A stretch of 64,000 nucleotides of DNA from Octopus sinensis (GCF_006345805.1 NC_043009.1:36518001-36582000); one strand, 5' to 3'; shown: positions 50,907-63,346, counted from the first letter of the stretch. Program-made: numbers and translations. Notes: a model not told the origin generated them from the sequence alone.

Positions 50907-51830
50907 CATCATCATCATCATCATCATCATTTAACGTCCGCTTTCCATGCTAGCATGGGTTGGACGGTTCAACTGGGGTCTGGGGAGCCCGAAAGCTGCA
51001 CCAGTCCAGTCAGATCTGGCAGTGTTTCTACAGCTGGATGCCCTTCCTAACGCCAACCACTCCGAGGGTGTAGTGGGTGATTTTATGTGCCACCGACACA
51101 GGTGCCAGACGAGGCTGGCAAACGGCCACGCTCGGATGGTGTTTTTTATGTGCCACCGACACAGGTGCCAGACGAGGCTGGCAGACGGCCACGCTCGGAT
51201 GGTGTTTTTATGTGCCACCGACACAGGTGCCAGACGAGGCTGGCAGACGGCCACGCTCGGATGGTGTTTTTATGTGCCACCGACACAGGTGCCAGACGAG
51301 GCTGGCAGACGGCCACGCTCGGATGGTGTTTTTATGTGCCATCGACACAGGTGCCAGATGAGGCTGGCAAACGGCCACGATCGGATGGTGCTTGTTACGT
51401 GCCCACAGCACGGAGGCCAGTCGATGCAGTACTGGCTACGGCCACGTTCGGATGGTTTTCTTATGTGCCACGTGCCACCGGCACTGGTACCACAAAGATA
51501 CAAATTCCATTGATGTTCATCTATTTTGATTTGTTTTGATTTGATTTTGATTTTCACTTGCCTCAACAGGTCTTCACAAGTGTCACAAGAAGGAAGGTAT
51601 GCACAGGTGGACTGACTACGTCCCAGGTAGAGGCCATGGGTTATGGCCTGACTAGTCTTGCCGGGTCTTCGGATGGTGTTTTTATGTGCCACCGACACAG
51701 GTGCTAGATGAGGCTGGCGAACGGCCACGATCGGATGGTGTTTGTCATGTGCCCACCGCACTGACTACGGCACTGATGGATTTCTTGTGTGCCACAGGCA
51801 CTGGTACACAAGATACAAATTCCATTGATG
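50907..51830 (-). mobile_element. Family A element with a 62-bp tandem array
   Basis: About 5.5 units TTTTATGTGCCACCGACACAGGTGCCAGACGAGGCTGGCAGACGGCCACGCTCGGATGGTGT at 51080-51400, plus a further partial unit near 51680. Confidence 0.9.
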
Positions 51831-52052
51831 TTCATCTATTTTGTCTATTTTGATTTGTATTATAACCTATTATTGGTAGTAACATTCTTGATGATCTGAT
51901 ACTAATTCCTGTCAGCAAAGTTACGTAGAATACAACCTGGAAACTTCTTCTGTGAATTTGAACTCACATTTGGAGTTTGTGCTCCAACACCTTATCCACT
52001 CAACCATTTTGGTTATATGGATAATATATATGTGTGTGTATATGTATATATC

Positions 52053-52305
52053 CGTGCCGGTAGCACATAAAAAGCACCAACCGATTGTGGCCATTGCCAG
52101 CCTCCCCTGGCACCTGTGCTGGTGGCACGTAAAAAGCACCCACTACACTCACGGAGTGGTTGGCGTCAGGAAGGGCATCCAGCTGTAGAAACACTGCCAG
52201 ATCAGACTGGAGCCTGGTGCAGCCGCCTGGCTTCCCAGACCCAGATCGAATCGTCCAACCCATGCTAGCATGGAAAATGGACGTTAAACGATGATGATGA
52301 TGATG
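52053..52305 (+). mobile_element. Family A RTE-tailed element
   Basis: 3' block and (GAT)n tail. Confidence 0.88.
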
Positions 52306-52752
52306 TTTTCAGGAAATTATCAGATTATGAGAATTAACCATCAAGTTTGAATGAAAGAGGCAAAGATGTTTATAAGAAAATATACCTGGAGATTAGACAA
52401 ATATTTTGATATAAGACATAGCAAGAAGAGAAACAACAGACAAGAAGTAAAGTTTATGGACTGCTTTTTTCTTATTTTGATGTCATGGTTAGACAAAGGA
52501 CAAAGTCCAGATTCTTGTTTTAGGACATCAGTAACTGGTGGGATAAAAGAAAGTTATCTTTTTACCAGACACCAGGCCTAAATGTTTAAAATGGGGTAGG
52601 CTTCATGAAAGTACTCAAGGGTCAGATGGCAATGTTAAACTGAAGTGGTACATTAACATTCTTCCCAAACATTGTGTGGTAGACTTATCAAGCTCTTCAT
52701 TAATATTTGATGAGAATAAAGTGGCAAGCTAGAAGAATCCTTTAAGGCCCTC

Positions 52753-52862
52753 ATGCTTTCCGAAATCCGCCGAAACTACACCTGATTATACATACACTTT
52801 AGATGAGTTGTAGTGCACCTGAGCACTGTACACAATGTTTTTATTATTATTATTATTATTAT
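52753..52862 (+). mobile_element. CR1-type LINE 3' end fragment
   Basis: Matches 19680-19855; (TAT)n tail. Confidence 0.75.
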
Positions 52863-53135
52863 AATCATTAGCACACTGGGCAAAATGCTTAGTGGCATTT
52901 CATCTGTCTTTACATTCTGAGTTGAAATTCTGTCAGGGTCAATAAAATAAGTAACAGTTGAGCACTGGAGTTAATGTAATCGACTTACACGCCACCACCG
53001 AAATTTCTGGCCTTGTGCCTATAGTAGAAACGAGTATTTGGTAAGGATAATTAATGAGAAATATTTAGAATGGCAAGACAGAATTTACACAAAAGGATTT
53101 GAGTGGACATGTGTTGTGCTTCATTTTATTTATTA

Positions 53136-53567
53136 CTAGCAGCATAGCCCAGCGTTGCCCGGGTATGTAAGAGCCCATTGTAGGCAACGACTAATCCCAA
53201 TCTAGTCCTTTCCCTCTAGGGAATGCAGGCGCATGTGTAGGTTGCAATGTCTTCTCTTCACTCAAATACTTCTGTGTATACGATGTTCCTAGCTGTCCCT
53301 TTGGGCGATAAAAAGGTCGAGTTGTGTCCCCTAGACAGAAAATGTGTTGCATATAAAAAGCTTAGATTCTCAACCCCATGTTGAATTTATCGATTTTTTT
53401 CAGAACTGGGGGAACTTTTCAAAATTTTCACTGTGTTAGTTTTGAATTATGACATTGGGCTATGTGTGTGTCAAGTTTCATCAGAATCGGTTGAAAGCCG
53501 TGGTCAGGGTGAGGGTACAAGCAAACAGACACACAGACAGACAAACTGCCGTTTATATATAGAGAGA
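53136..53567 (-). mobile_element. Non-autonomous Helitron
   Basis: On the minus strand, A|TCTCTCTATATAAAC start and CCCGGGCAACGCTGGGCTATGCTGCTAG|T end. Confidence 0.82.
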
Positions 53568-54016
53568 TGCATGTATTTTGGCTATTATTGTTGTCTCTTT
53601 TGACTTATTGCTGCTTTCTGTTCCTTCTCTTACCCTTTTCTGATGAGTTGTAGTGCACCTAAGTGCTGTGAAACATTCATTTATTAATTTTCTTTACCCA
53701 CTATTTTTGGGATGGTTGCAGGGGCAGAATCTTCGGACGCCTCTTCCATATGGTCCTATCAGAAGCAACCACCATTACACTTTCTCATTGGGTTCCCAAG
53801 CATGTCCAACTGAAACTATGGGTATTATTCAACCATCTTGTTCTTGGTCTACCATTAGGTCTCTTGCTAGTTGGCTTGACTTGAAGAATCTGTCTTATAA
53901 TTCTTTCCTGTGACATTTTAACTACAATTAAATGCAAAAATGTAGTTAACAGCTGTGAGAATTTCTTCAAGTGATACTTTAATAATAATAAAGACAATAA
54001 TAATAATAATAATAAT

Positions 54017-54517
54017 ACAAAAATTTGTATGACCACAAACCTGAAGGCATCATCGAAAATGGAAATGCAAAGATCCTATGGGATTTTATGATTCAGTGCA
54101 ACCATAAGATAGAAAATAGGAAGCCGGACATAGTCTTAATTGAGAAAGAAAACAAACTATGCTGGATCTTAGATATAGCATGCCCAGCTGACAAAAAGGT
54201 ATGCGAAAGGAAGAAAGAAAGGTCGAGAGATATGACAGGTTAGCTTGCGAAGTTAAGCAGTTGTGGTCAATAAATAAGGTGGTAGTACTACCAGTAATTG
54301 TCAGAGCCCTGGGAACAGTGAGCAAAAATCTCGTGAAGTATGTGGACCAAATAGGGGCTACAATAAGGGTGGAGCACTTGCAGAAAACAGCACTGCTTGG
54401 AACCACTTGAATACTGCAGAAGGTGCTCGAAAAATAAGAGGTGTTGTTACCTTAGTTCACTGGTATTGAACAGCTGACACTGTAATACATCTCCAGCATT
54501 AGAAGCTGTGCAAAGGC
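54017..54517 (+). mobile_element. 5'-truncated R4/Dong-type non-LTR element (restriction-like endonuclease) inserted in (AAT)n
   Basis: KILWDFMIQCNHKIENRKPDIVLIEKENKLCWILDIACP, then after a frameshift ERYDRLACEVKQLW...VVLPVIVRALG; (TAA)n on both flanks. Confidence 0.85.
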
Positions 54518-54633
54518 AATAATAATAATAATAATTAGGGGTTGATAAAATAAGGACCAGTTGAGTACTGAGGGCCGATGTAATAGACTTAGCCACCTCA
54601 CCTGAAATTGCTGGCCTTGTGCTAAAATTTGAG

Positions 54634-54674
<41 letters not shown>

Positions 54675-56542
54675 AGTATCACTTGAAGGAATTCCCACAG
54701 TTGTTAACTACATTTTTGTATTTAATTTTAATTAGATATTTTCAGTTTTACTTGCTGTGTCTGGAGGAAGGCAGCATTGCCCATAGCTTTTGCAAGCTTT
54801 CCTAGGCTGGTTAGACAGATAACATTGATATAAACCAACACCTGCTGAGAAAGATATGAGCATAGAATGAATTCCACACAGCTAACATTTTGGGAAGTGT
54901 GAGCTGGATCTAGTGGCTAGGTGTGTGTGGATGCAGTATCAATGATTGAAAGAGGAGAGGCAAGTAGGATAGGAATACCTGAACGGAGATGGTATGACCC
55001 CCGAGCTGCTCTGAGGAGCAGAGGCAATTATAATGGTAGTTGAAAAGGCTGAAAAAGGGGATAGTGGACCTGTGGGCCAGATGCCGGAGGGTGTCTGAGT
55101 TAGTCTGGAGTTTCTGCGTGGTTGCTCAACTCGCTAGAAATAGCAGACGAATCTCCCCCAAATCATATCCTACCGTTTTCAGGAAGAACACATCGAATAT
55201 TGCAGTTCTGTATAACCTCAAACGTACAGGCTGATCGTAGACAGACTGCCTTCAACAATAGAATTGTTCAATGAAGGAAGGTCTGGGTGTAAACAATGTT
55301 AGGCCTCATAGGTTTTTGTAAAATTTTATTTCATTTTTACATGTGTGCTCATGAAGAGGATATTGTGAGGGGTGTCGAGCAGGTCAACCAAATCGGAGAC
55401 CCGAGTAAACAGTGGCTAATATGATGTACAATAGTAGTAGTTAATTTAACATGATGCACGAAGAAGGCCATGTTAAAAAACACCGACACACGCACACACA
55501 CACACATAGTGTTTAACATGTACCATAAAAGAAATCCATAGGGATCCCGGTTCACAACCGGGGATATTTCATATCACAATCGTGGGTAATGAAACGCTTT
55601 AACTCACATTTCGGTCTTTTATGAGGGTAGTTTATTGCTGATAATAGTCTGGCGAAGGACCCAGATATTTACTGCTTTAATCCATTGTCCTTTGCATCAA
55701 ATTAATGAAATAATTAACAGTTCATAGTGTGTGTGTGTGTGTTTTTTTTTTTATTTAATCCATATATTTCTCTAATCCATTTATGGCATCGTCTGTATAA
55801 AGGCTGTATTAAATGTTGACACTGTATAAAGCTAACAGAGCAGACGAAATCGTCACTTCGTCTGTTCTATTTTTGTTTAGAACAGGAAGAAAAAACAACA
55901 ACAACTTTATTAACATGAGATAATAAATACATAAAAAAAATAATTATAAAGCGAGTGAAGTAAATACAGCAATCAGTTGGGAAAAGAAGCAGATACATCA
56001 ATAGTTGTATTCCCAGAAGGCTTTTGTATTTATTCGACAAATTGTAATCATTTCAGGTTTACTAAGGGGTTCACAACGTCGATAAACAGAAATTAAACCT
56101 CAATATTGAGCAATGGAGAGAGAGATGGGGGGAGAAATATTGGGAGAGAAAAAAAAATTTCCGTCACCAAAATTATCAACCGTACCTCACTACATTATCT
56201 CACCACACTCACACTTCTTAGGTCTGATCACTAGTCCCCCCTTGTATCTCTTGCCTTTGTTCTCCTCTCTACAAATTATCTCTCTTTTCTCTCTATCGCT
56301 CTGTTTTTCCATGTTAGTAACTCTACACACTGTCTTCTGTTCTCTCTCTCTCTTTACTCTTATGATTATTACGCACCACACTCTTAGTCTTTCCTCTTAC
56401 TACTACTACTAATACTACATTCTCTCTATCTGATTAACTTTCTCTCTTCCTCGGTCTACCTGACTCTTTCTCTCTCTCTCCCTCACTCGGATTCGAGTTG
56501 AATCCTCCCCCCTTCACTTCATTTCATTTCTTCACTCACTCA

Positions 56543-56556
56543 CACGTCACTTCCGG
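56543..56556 (+). promoter_or_regulatory. CRE-like plus ETS composite promoter motif
   Basis: CACGTCACTTCCGG lies immediately upstream of a putative first exon. Confidence 0.6.
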
Positions 56557-56559
56557 TCT

Positions 56560-56617
56560 GCATCCGGGTCTTGAATTAGTCATGGTGGATGCAAGTTTCT
56601 TTTAGCGGGTTGAAGAG
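56560..56617 (+). other. Putative non-coding first exon with uORF (MVDASFF*, 56582-56605)
   Basis: Ends in a consensus donor GAG|GTAAGT; the start position is approximate. Confidence 0.6.
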
Positions 56618-57298
56618 GTAAGTACACAGACTAATTGTGTGTATCCCTTATTACATTTGGCTATTTAGTTCATCCTGGATATATTAATTAGGACAAACTT
56701 AAGATGAAGATAAAATCGTTTACAACAATGGAGCAGGCCAATAGTCGTGAGTTAAATGCGAATCCAGAGTGAGTTTCTCGGTGTATAAGCACAACGGTTT
56801 GGTTGAAGAGTAAAACAAAAATGTGTTGAATTTTTCACAGCCGACTATCAGCTTTGCTTTTTGCTCTTTCCTTCAACGTTATTTTGGTTTAATATTAAAG
56901 AATCTGACTATGTAGAGACATTGGAATGCAGGTATTTTACACTAGACTTCTGACTTTGGCGAAAAAACATTTTCTGTTTCATATTTTCTCCTCTTCCGAA
57001 ATGAAATTCTAATATGCAATTAATCCTGTCGTTATTTCAGAGGGAAGTATTTGCTCTGTAAATTCTGGGTCATATTTCTTCTGATTTAGTTTTACTATTG
57101 AGAACTACAAATATAGTACTTAACGTAGATATATATATGTATATGTGTGTGTGTATATAGTTATATAATGAGAATAAGAATAATAATGGAATTTAAAAAA
57201 AGACATTGTCAGAGTTGATTATAAAATCCGAAACCATGGAACTATTATACCTCTTTCATGTAAACCTGTTTATAAACAACTGATGCTTAAAATGTATC

Positions 57299-57299
<1 letters not shown>

Positions 57300-57364
<65 letters not shown>

Positions 57365-57441
57365 TTTTATATGTATGTATTATACACACACTCTAACACA
57401 TTGTGTACATCTATACGTATTTGAGTCTGTACGCTTGTGTG

Positions 57442-57477
<36 letters not shown>

Positions 57478-58193
57478 CACACACAGAGCGAAAGATAGGT
57501 CAGTTTAGGTTTTCTTAAACGGAGATTATTTCATCTGTGCATTCTAAATTATTTCCATCTCAGATCTGTAACTTTTTCTTTAGAGTTTATTTAATCATTT
57601 CACTGTCTTTAGATTCTGTATTCTTATACACATAGATGGCACCAACCCACAGACCTCCCTGCAGCCGCTCAGAATCCAACCTCACCTACCCCCTGCCTTT
57701 CCTACTACAGATATTGTAAACAAGATTTATGTCTATCTATCTATCTTCATTGTGATAGATCTGTATATTTTGTCAATAATCAATTTAATTTCAACTCAAA
57801 TAGGCGTGTGTTGTGGAACTGTTTTCCATTGTTAGCTGTTTGATGCGTTTTTTGCATCTATTTTTCCTTGTCCATCTTGCCAAAGGTAGCAGACATATAT
57901 GTTTGTGTGTGTTTCTGTATGTATGTATGTATGTATGTGCTTATATATATATATATATATATATATCTATATATATATATGTAATTATATTTGTGTGTTT
58001 GTGTATGTATATAAAATTTTGTGTATATATGTGCATGTGAATAATATATATCGTGTGTATATATATACACACACATGTGACTACATATGCATATATATGC
58101 ACATAGTACACACAATATATATATATATATATATGCAGATGTATGTATATAGTTCTGTAGTTGTATGCAAATATCTATCCATATATTTAAGCG

Positions 58194-58224
<31 letters not shown>

Positions 58225-58308
58225 GCATTAATATTTGTGTCCTTACATATTTTTGTATGGTATACACACGTGTGTATATATATATATATATATATATACA
58301 CACGTGTG

Positions 58309-58342
<34 letters not shown>

Positions 58343-58661
58343 TATTTCTATATGTATCTATATATAGATATCCATATATTTGTGTGTACAAATGTCTATT
58401 CTATATATATTTGTGTATGTATATAACACACACACACACACGTGTGTGTTTGGAGCAAAAAAAAGAGTACTCAATAAGGTGTGTAGTTTTCACAACTGCT
58501 GTTAATAGCCGCTTATGTCACCAACTTTTCATTACATGTGTGTGCGTGTGTATCTATTTATCTGTACACATACACAATGTATTGAAATGCTTTATGAACT
58601 TCATGTGATAATCTACCATTTTCTGTATCGAGTGCTTCTTAGTTCGTCATACAAACGTCTC

Positions 58662-58706
<45 letters not shown>

Positions 58707-58720
58707 CACACATTTGTGTG
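57300..58720. repeat. Compound AT-rich microsatellite field
   Basis: Alternating (TA)n, (CA)n, (TATG)n and (TAT)n runs; this explains the IYIYIY ORFs in the track. Confidence 0.9.
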
Positions 58721-59511
58721 GTTTCTGTCTTCAATATATTTGTGGCAATATACGAGTACAATAAATAATTGTTTACTGCTATTATTATTATTATTATTAT
58801 TATTGCAATACATTTGGCGATATTTGGTCTGCTTGTGAAAGAGTTAAACGAGGCAGCAAGAATTATCGTTGATTTTTGTTATTAAAGCTAAGAAAGTGAT
58901 GAAGAATATTGACTGTTAATAGAAGACGACCATCGGAATGGTAGTTCTTTTTTTTTTTTTGTCTCTTCAACACCTGACATAGCGAACGCTTCTTCGGCAC
59001 CTCACATCGAGACATGGAACTGTGTGGTGTGTATGTATAACGTCTGCATACATCAATGACATTGTAGAGTAGCAAATGTTTAATGTCGGTGTAGATGACT
59101 CTACCTTTCCTCTCTGCAATTTTTTAATGTAACCTAAATAATCCTCTATGTCTAGCAAGAAATAAATACTTTGTTTTTATTTATTTACGACTTCATTTCG
59201 GTTTTGTTTGTCCCTCTTTGTCCTGGCACATTATTGTTTAAGACATTTCACAAACTTTTCTTGAAGCCAAGAAATTAGTTTCACTTTTTAATCGACCTCA
59301 TTTGATATTTACGTTATTTTAAAACAACCTTTTTGTTATTCCATTTCGTAAATCCCAAACAAAATATTGAAATAAAATTTCTATTTTCATTTGTTACCCT
59401 ATATTTATCTATATTTGTTATTTATTTCTCCGTTTATTGTTTATAATTCTTTGATTATATTCACAACCTATACGTAGGATGTGTTTGATAGACCTAAATA
59501 CTCGCCCCTTG

Positions 59512-59555
<44 letters not shown>

Positions 59556-59954
59556 AAAGAACTGGTATAGCTGGATTGTAGTTTCAAATAAATTGTATAA
59601 CTTCCATGCGACTACTTGTTAGGAATAACAGCCAAATCTCCCTCAAGTCACACCCTATTGTTTTAAAGGGACACTTCGTCCTATGTTATGATTAAAACAG
59701 AGATGATGATCGCGGCTTGAATACTTTTAATTATAGGTCTGCTCGGTTAGGGCAGAACTGGTATTAACTACAAGTGCTCTGTCCGAATCACCGAACTCTC
59801 CCTCGTCTCGACACATACGCATACACATGTTTTTACACATTTTACTGTTTCGAATACTTGGGCTCTGTATTAAGACGATGAGTTTTATTTATATAATACG
59901 ATGTGAATAACAGCATCATTGACTAAGTTTTCTATAACTTGCGAATCGGTTCCA

Positions 59955-59991
59955 ATGTCCGCTTGTTGCCATTCCACTGGTAGAAGTGAAG
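59955..59991 (+). CDS. Putative first coding exon of an unidentified acidic protein (MSACCHSTGRSE)
   Basis: Donor AAG|GTAAGA; the phase 1 end joins in frame to the acceptor at 60991 (G|AT = Asp). Confidence 0.55.
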
Positions 59992-60990
59992 GTAAGAACA
60001 TGATTTCCTTAAATAAATCACAGCCTAGGTATTTATAAATCGACTGCTCGACCCCCCGGTAAAGATTAATTATAAAGAGATTATAGGATTTATTTTGCTT
60101 ACTTTTAGTCACACCTTTAATTTCTTTAAATCTTTCTTTTTATTTATAAGTTTCAAGTTTTATGTTGTGAATAAACTAGCAAAGTAAAATTTTAATATCA
60201 ATTATAACTTTAATCATAATTATCAATTTCTTTTGATGAGGTTCTGAATTCCAATGTTTTTGTTGAGAGAAGGATTTAATAAAATAAGTATTATAGTAAT
60301 ATGGTTTCTGATTTACTGATAGAATTTGAACTTGGAATTGTGATGTAGAAATTTATAATATAGCACAGTTTTTAATATTCTGTACACTTGGCCATCTCTA
60401 ATGCCCTTACAGTTATTGCTTTCTGAGATGCAACTCCTATTTCGTTTATTGATTGTATTAAAGGAGTATATTTCTGGAACTTAATATATCAACTCTGGAC
60501 TTGACTAACGACAATAGTGTGATCTAACGGGGTGGGGGTGAGACGTGAATTAGCATTGTGTTACTAACTTTAACCACCTCTCTCATTTCACTACTCTCTA
60601 ATTTATTGACAGAGATGAATTGCTGATTTCTTAGACAATTACATGTTTAGAAATGATATATTGTTTTATTATTTACATCTACATTCCAGTTTAATTGATT
60701 TCACCAGTCTTCATCAGGTATCTTATTCTTGAATGTGTAAACACTACCAGATTGAATTAGAAGTAAAAATTTATAGTTTGATTTCTGTTTCATAATCACA
60801 TAGCATCATCCAGGAGTAAAACGTTTGCTAGTGATTGATGATGAAGCTATTCCAAATGTAATAGGTGTTAATATTAAAATATTTTTGTTAATTAGAAGCA
60901 TAAATTGATAATTTTCCTCCTTGTTAAGAACAGTATTGCTGTTGGTTTTTGTTATGTATTGTTTCAACTGATGACACCATCTTTTTACAG

Positions 60991-61285
60991 ATGATTCTGT
61001 TTGGCCCAGATTAAAAAAAAAAAAACGAAAAGATACCCAGCTTTTCTGGAAAGTTACTACATGAAGTGCTACTGGAAATGGAAGAAGAACGATTAAAGAG
61101 AGATGCACAAGGTAAAGCTTCTGCATTACTTTCTTGTTCTGGCAGTGAATCTGAAGGTGAAGAGGTGAAATCTCAATTCCATTGTAAAGGTGATGAAGTT
61201 ATGATGGAGGAGAACCCTAATCCTGAAGATCTAGAAGAGGATGATGACTCAGATGATGATGAAGAAACTGATGATGAGGACGAAG
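60991..61285 (+). CDS. Coding exon of an unidentified acidic protein, one-base frameshift in an A13 run
   Basis: ttttacag| acceptor; DSVWPRLKKK then NEKIPSFSGKLLHEVLLEMEEERLKRDAQ...EEDDDSDDDEETDDEDE; donor GAAG|GTAAAA. Confidence 0.7.
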
Positions 61286-61621
61286 GTAAAATAAATGGTT
61301 TTAATTTCTCTGAAAGCTTTCCTCTTTTCCTTGTTCTTTTTCCTTAATATTTCTCTGACAAAAATTTTTTTTTCTTGGACAACACCAGTGCTGTCTTCTA
61401 TTGTGCATCCTTTCAAACTTAGTGCTCATAGGCCTCTACACTTGTTTGTTGTTAACTAAATAGTCATATTCAGGTGATGTACACGAGCCCAAAGTTATGT
61501 TAAGTCCTTTACACAACTGGTATTTTATCAATTCCAAAAGGATAAAGGCAAAGTAATGCTGAGTGGGCTTTGAACACAGGAAATAAGTGGCTGTAATGCA
61601 GCGCAGCAAATATATAGACGC

Positions 61622-61792
61622 AGGAGTGGCTGTGTGGTAAGTAGCTTGTTTACCAACCACATGGTTCTGGGTTCAGTCCCACAGCGTGGCACCTTGGGCA
61701 AGTGTCTTCTACTATAGCCTCGGGCCGACCAAAGCCTTGTGAGTGGATTTGGTAGATGGAAACTGAAAGAAGCCCGTTGTATATATGTATAC

Positions 61793-61838
<46 letters not shown>

Positions 61839-62046
61839 GTCTGTGTTTGTCCCCCTAGCATTATTTTCTGCTGAATGCCCCTTTTACCTCCATTCTTCCC
61901 GTTACTTACCAGTTCGGCAAAAGAGACCGATAGAATAAGTACTGGGCTTACAAAAGAATAAGTCCCGTGGTCGAGTTGCTCGATTAAAGGCGGTGCTCCA
62001 GCATGGCCGCAGTCAAATGACTGAAACAAGTAAAAGAGTAAAGAGT
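61622..62046 (+). mobile_element. tRNA-derived SINE family B with an internal 40-bp replacement
   Basis: Intact head and tail; 61861-61900 differs from the other family copies. Confidence 0.9.
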
Positions 62047-63346
62047 ATATAGGATTATTTTGAGTCAAAGACAGCTCCTAATAATCCATTAGGGGAAGCA
62101 TTTACAATGTTTTCATAGGAAGTAAAAGATTTCTTGTTGCTTTTCCTAACTTTAAATTTATCATTGGACAGTATCAGAATTTCTATTATCATTATATAAG
62201 AATACATATATAATGTTGATTTACTTAATTTGTTAATTATATAGTTCTCCTTTGGTTATTGTAATGAGCTATGCAACTTACTGATATGATAACTCTTTAC
62301 AGACATCTCAGTGAATTGGATAGCAAGAGACTGGCAGTGTAACTGTTGGGTTATATATTGTCACTGGTACTGTGGACATCTGGCTCTCAGTAGCTGAGTA
62401 TTTCTGTTTTTTGTATAGCCAGAGGTCAACTCTCTTCAAGCATATCTATGATTATAAAGCATTCCAGCTGTGACTATCCCATTTTTTTTTCTCCAGGCAC
62501 TGTGTGTCTAGCATCACATTATCTAATGCATATCTCCTTTTGTAAGACAACAGGGTGTGAATCAAGGAAGATTGTGGCTATCTGTAGTTGATTGTGTGGT
62601 CACAAACAGATTCCTTTTTCATCTTAGCAAGTTCTAAATTTGTTAAACAAACAATCCAAGTGGAAAGTGATTGTGGATGAGGAATATTCTAAGACACAGC
62701 TCTTCTATCTTTCCTTCCTCTACTTTCAAATTTCCACCTGGTAATAAACCATGCAGTTTATCATTTAGTTAAGCTGTGGGTTCTATTCAAGTAATGTGTT
62801 GAAGACAATTCTTTAGATTTAAATAGTTTTGTAACTGCACTCAACTATTTTGCTTGATTTTGTTGGTGATAGTTCAAAAATTTTAAGCAATATGTTTGTG
62901 AAGTCTGTTCCAAAGTTGGGAAGACAATTGTTTTGGTGCCAGTAGAACAGAGAAGCCAGTCACCTTCATCTTAGTGGGAGTGGGGCAACAGGAAAGTGTT
63001 CTTTTTTTTTTTTTGCTCAATTCAATAATAAAACATAATTTTGCCTAATATTATGAAATATAGTATGTGGGGTAAGTTGCTTTAATGCAGGCGTATCCAA
63101 ACCATTCCTCTGGAGGCTCCAGGTTTATACCATAATTTCACAAATGGCTTTCAACCTGGATTATTGGATTGTTTTGTAATTGACTGATTGCTTTTAAGAA
63201 AAGCATTTGGCTGTAGAAGTTTATGAATGTCTAAGTTATCTAAAAATTTTAGCAACACATTGCCAGAATGTGCCTCTTGTAAATATATTTTATATAAACC
63301 TGTTCCTATGTTAACCATCATAAGCACAAATTCACACTCAAACATT

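Noticed and set aside
51080-51400. CRISPR-like periodic array
   Set aside because: Units are contiguous tandem copies with no unique spacers, in a eukaryotic context with no cas genes.
50931-51761. Several overlapping ORFs of 94-188 aa
   Set aside because: They arise from a stop-poor 62-bp tandem array in a retroelement and have no protein-like features.
53638-53680. CTGATGA...GAAA hammerhead-like spacing
   Set aside because: No stem I or stem III pairing; the sequence is a fragment of the CR1 3' UTR seen elsewhere in the window.
57813-58838. Multiple IYIYIY/VCVC ORFs
   Set aside because: Translations of dinucleotide microsatellites.
62303-62396. Possible next exon of the acidic-protein gene after tctttacag
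   Set aside because: The phase-1 reading (DISVNWIARDWQCNCW...) is not convincingly protein-like and no clear donor was found.
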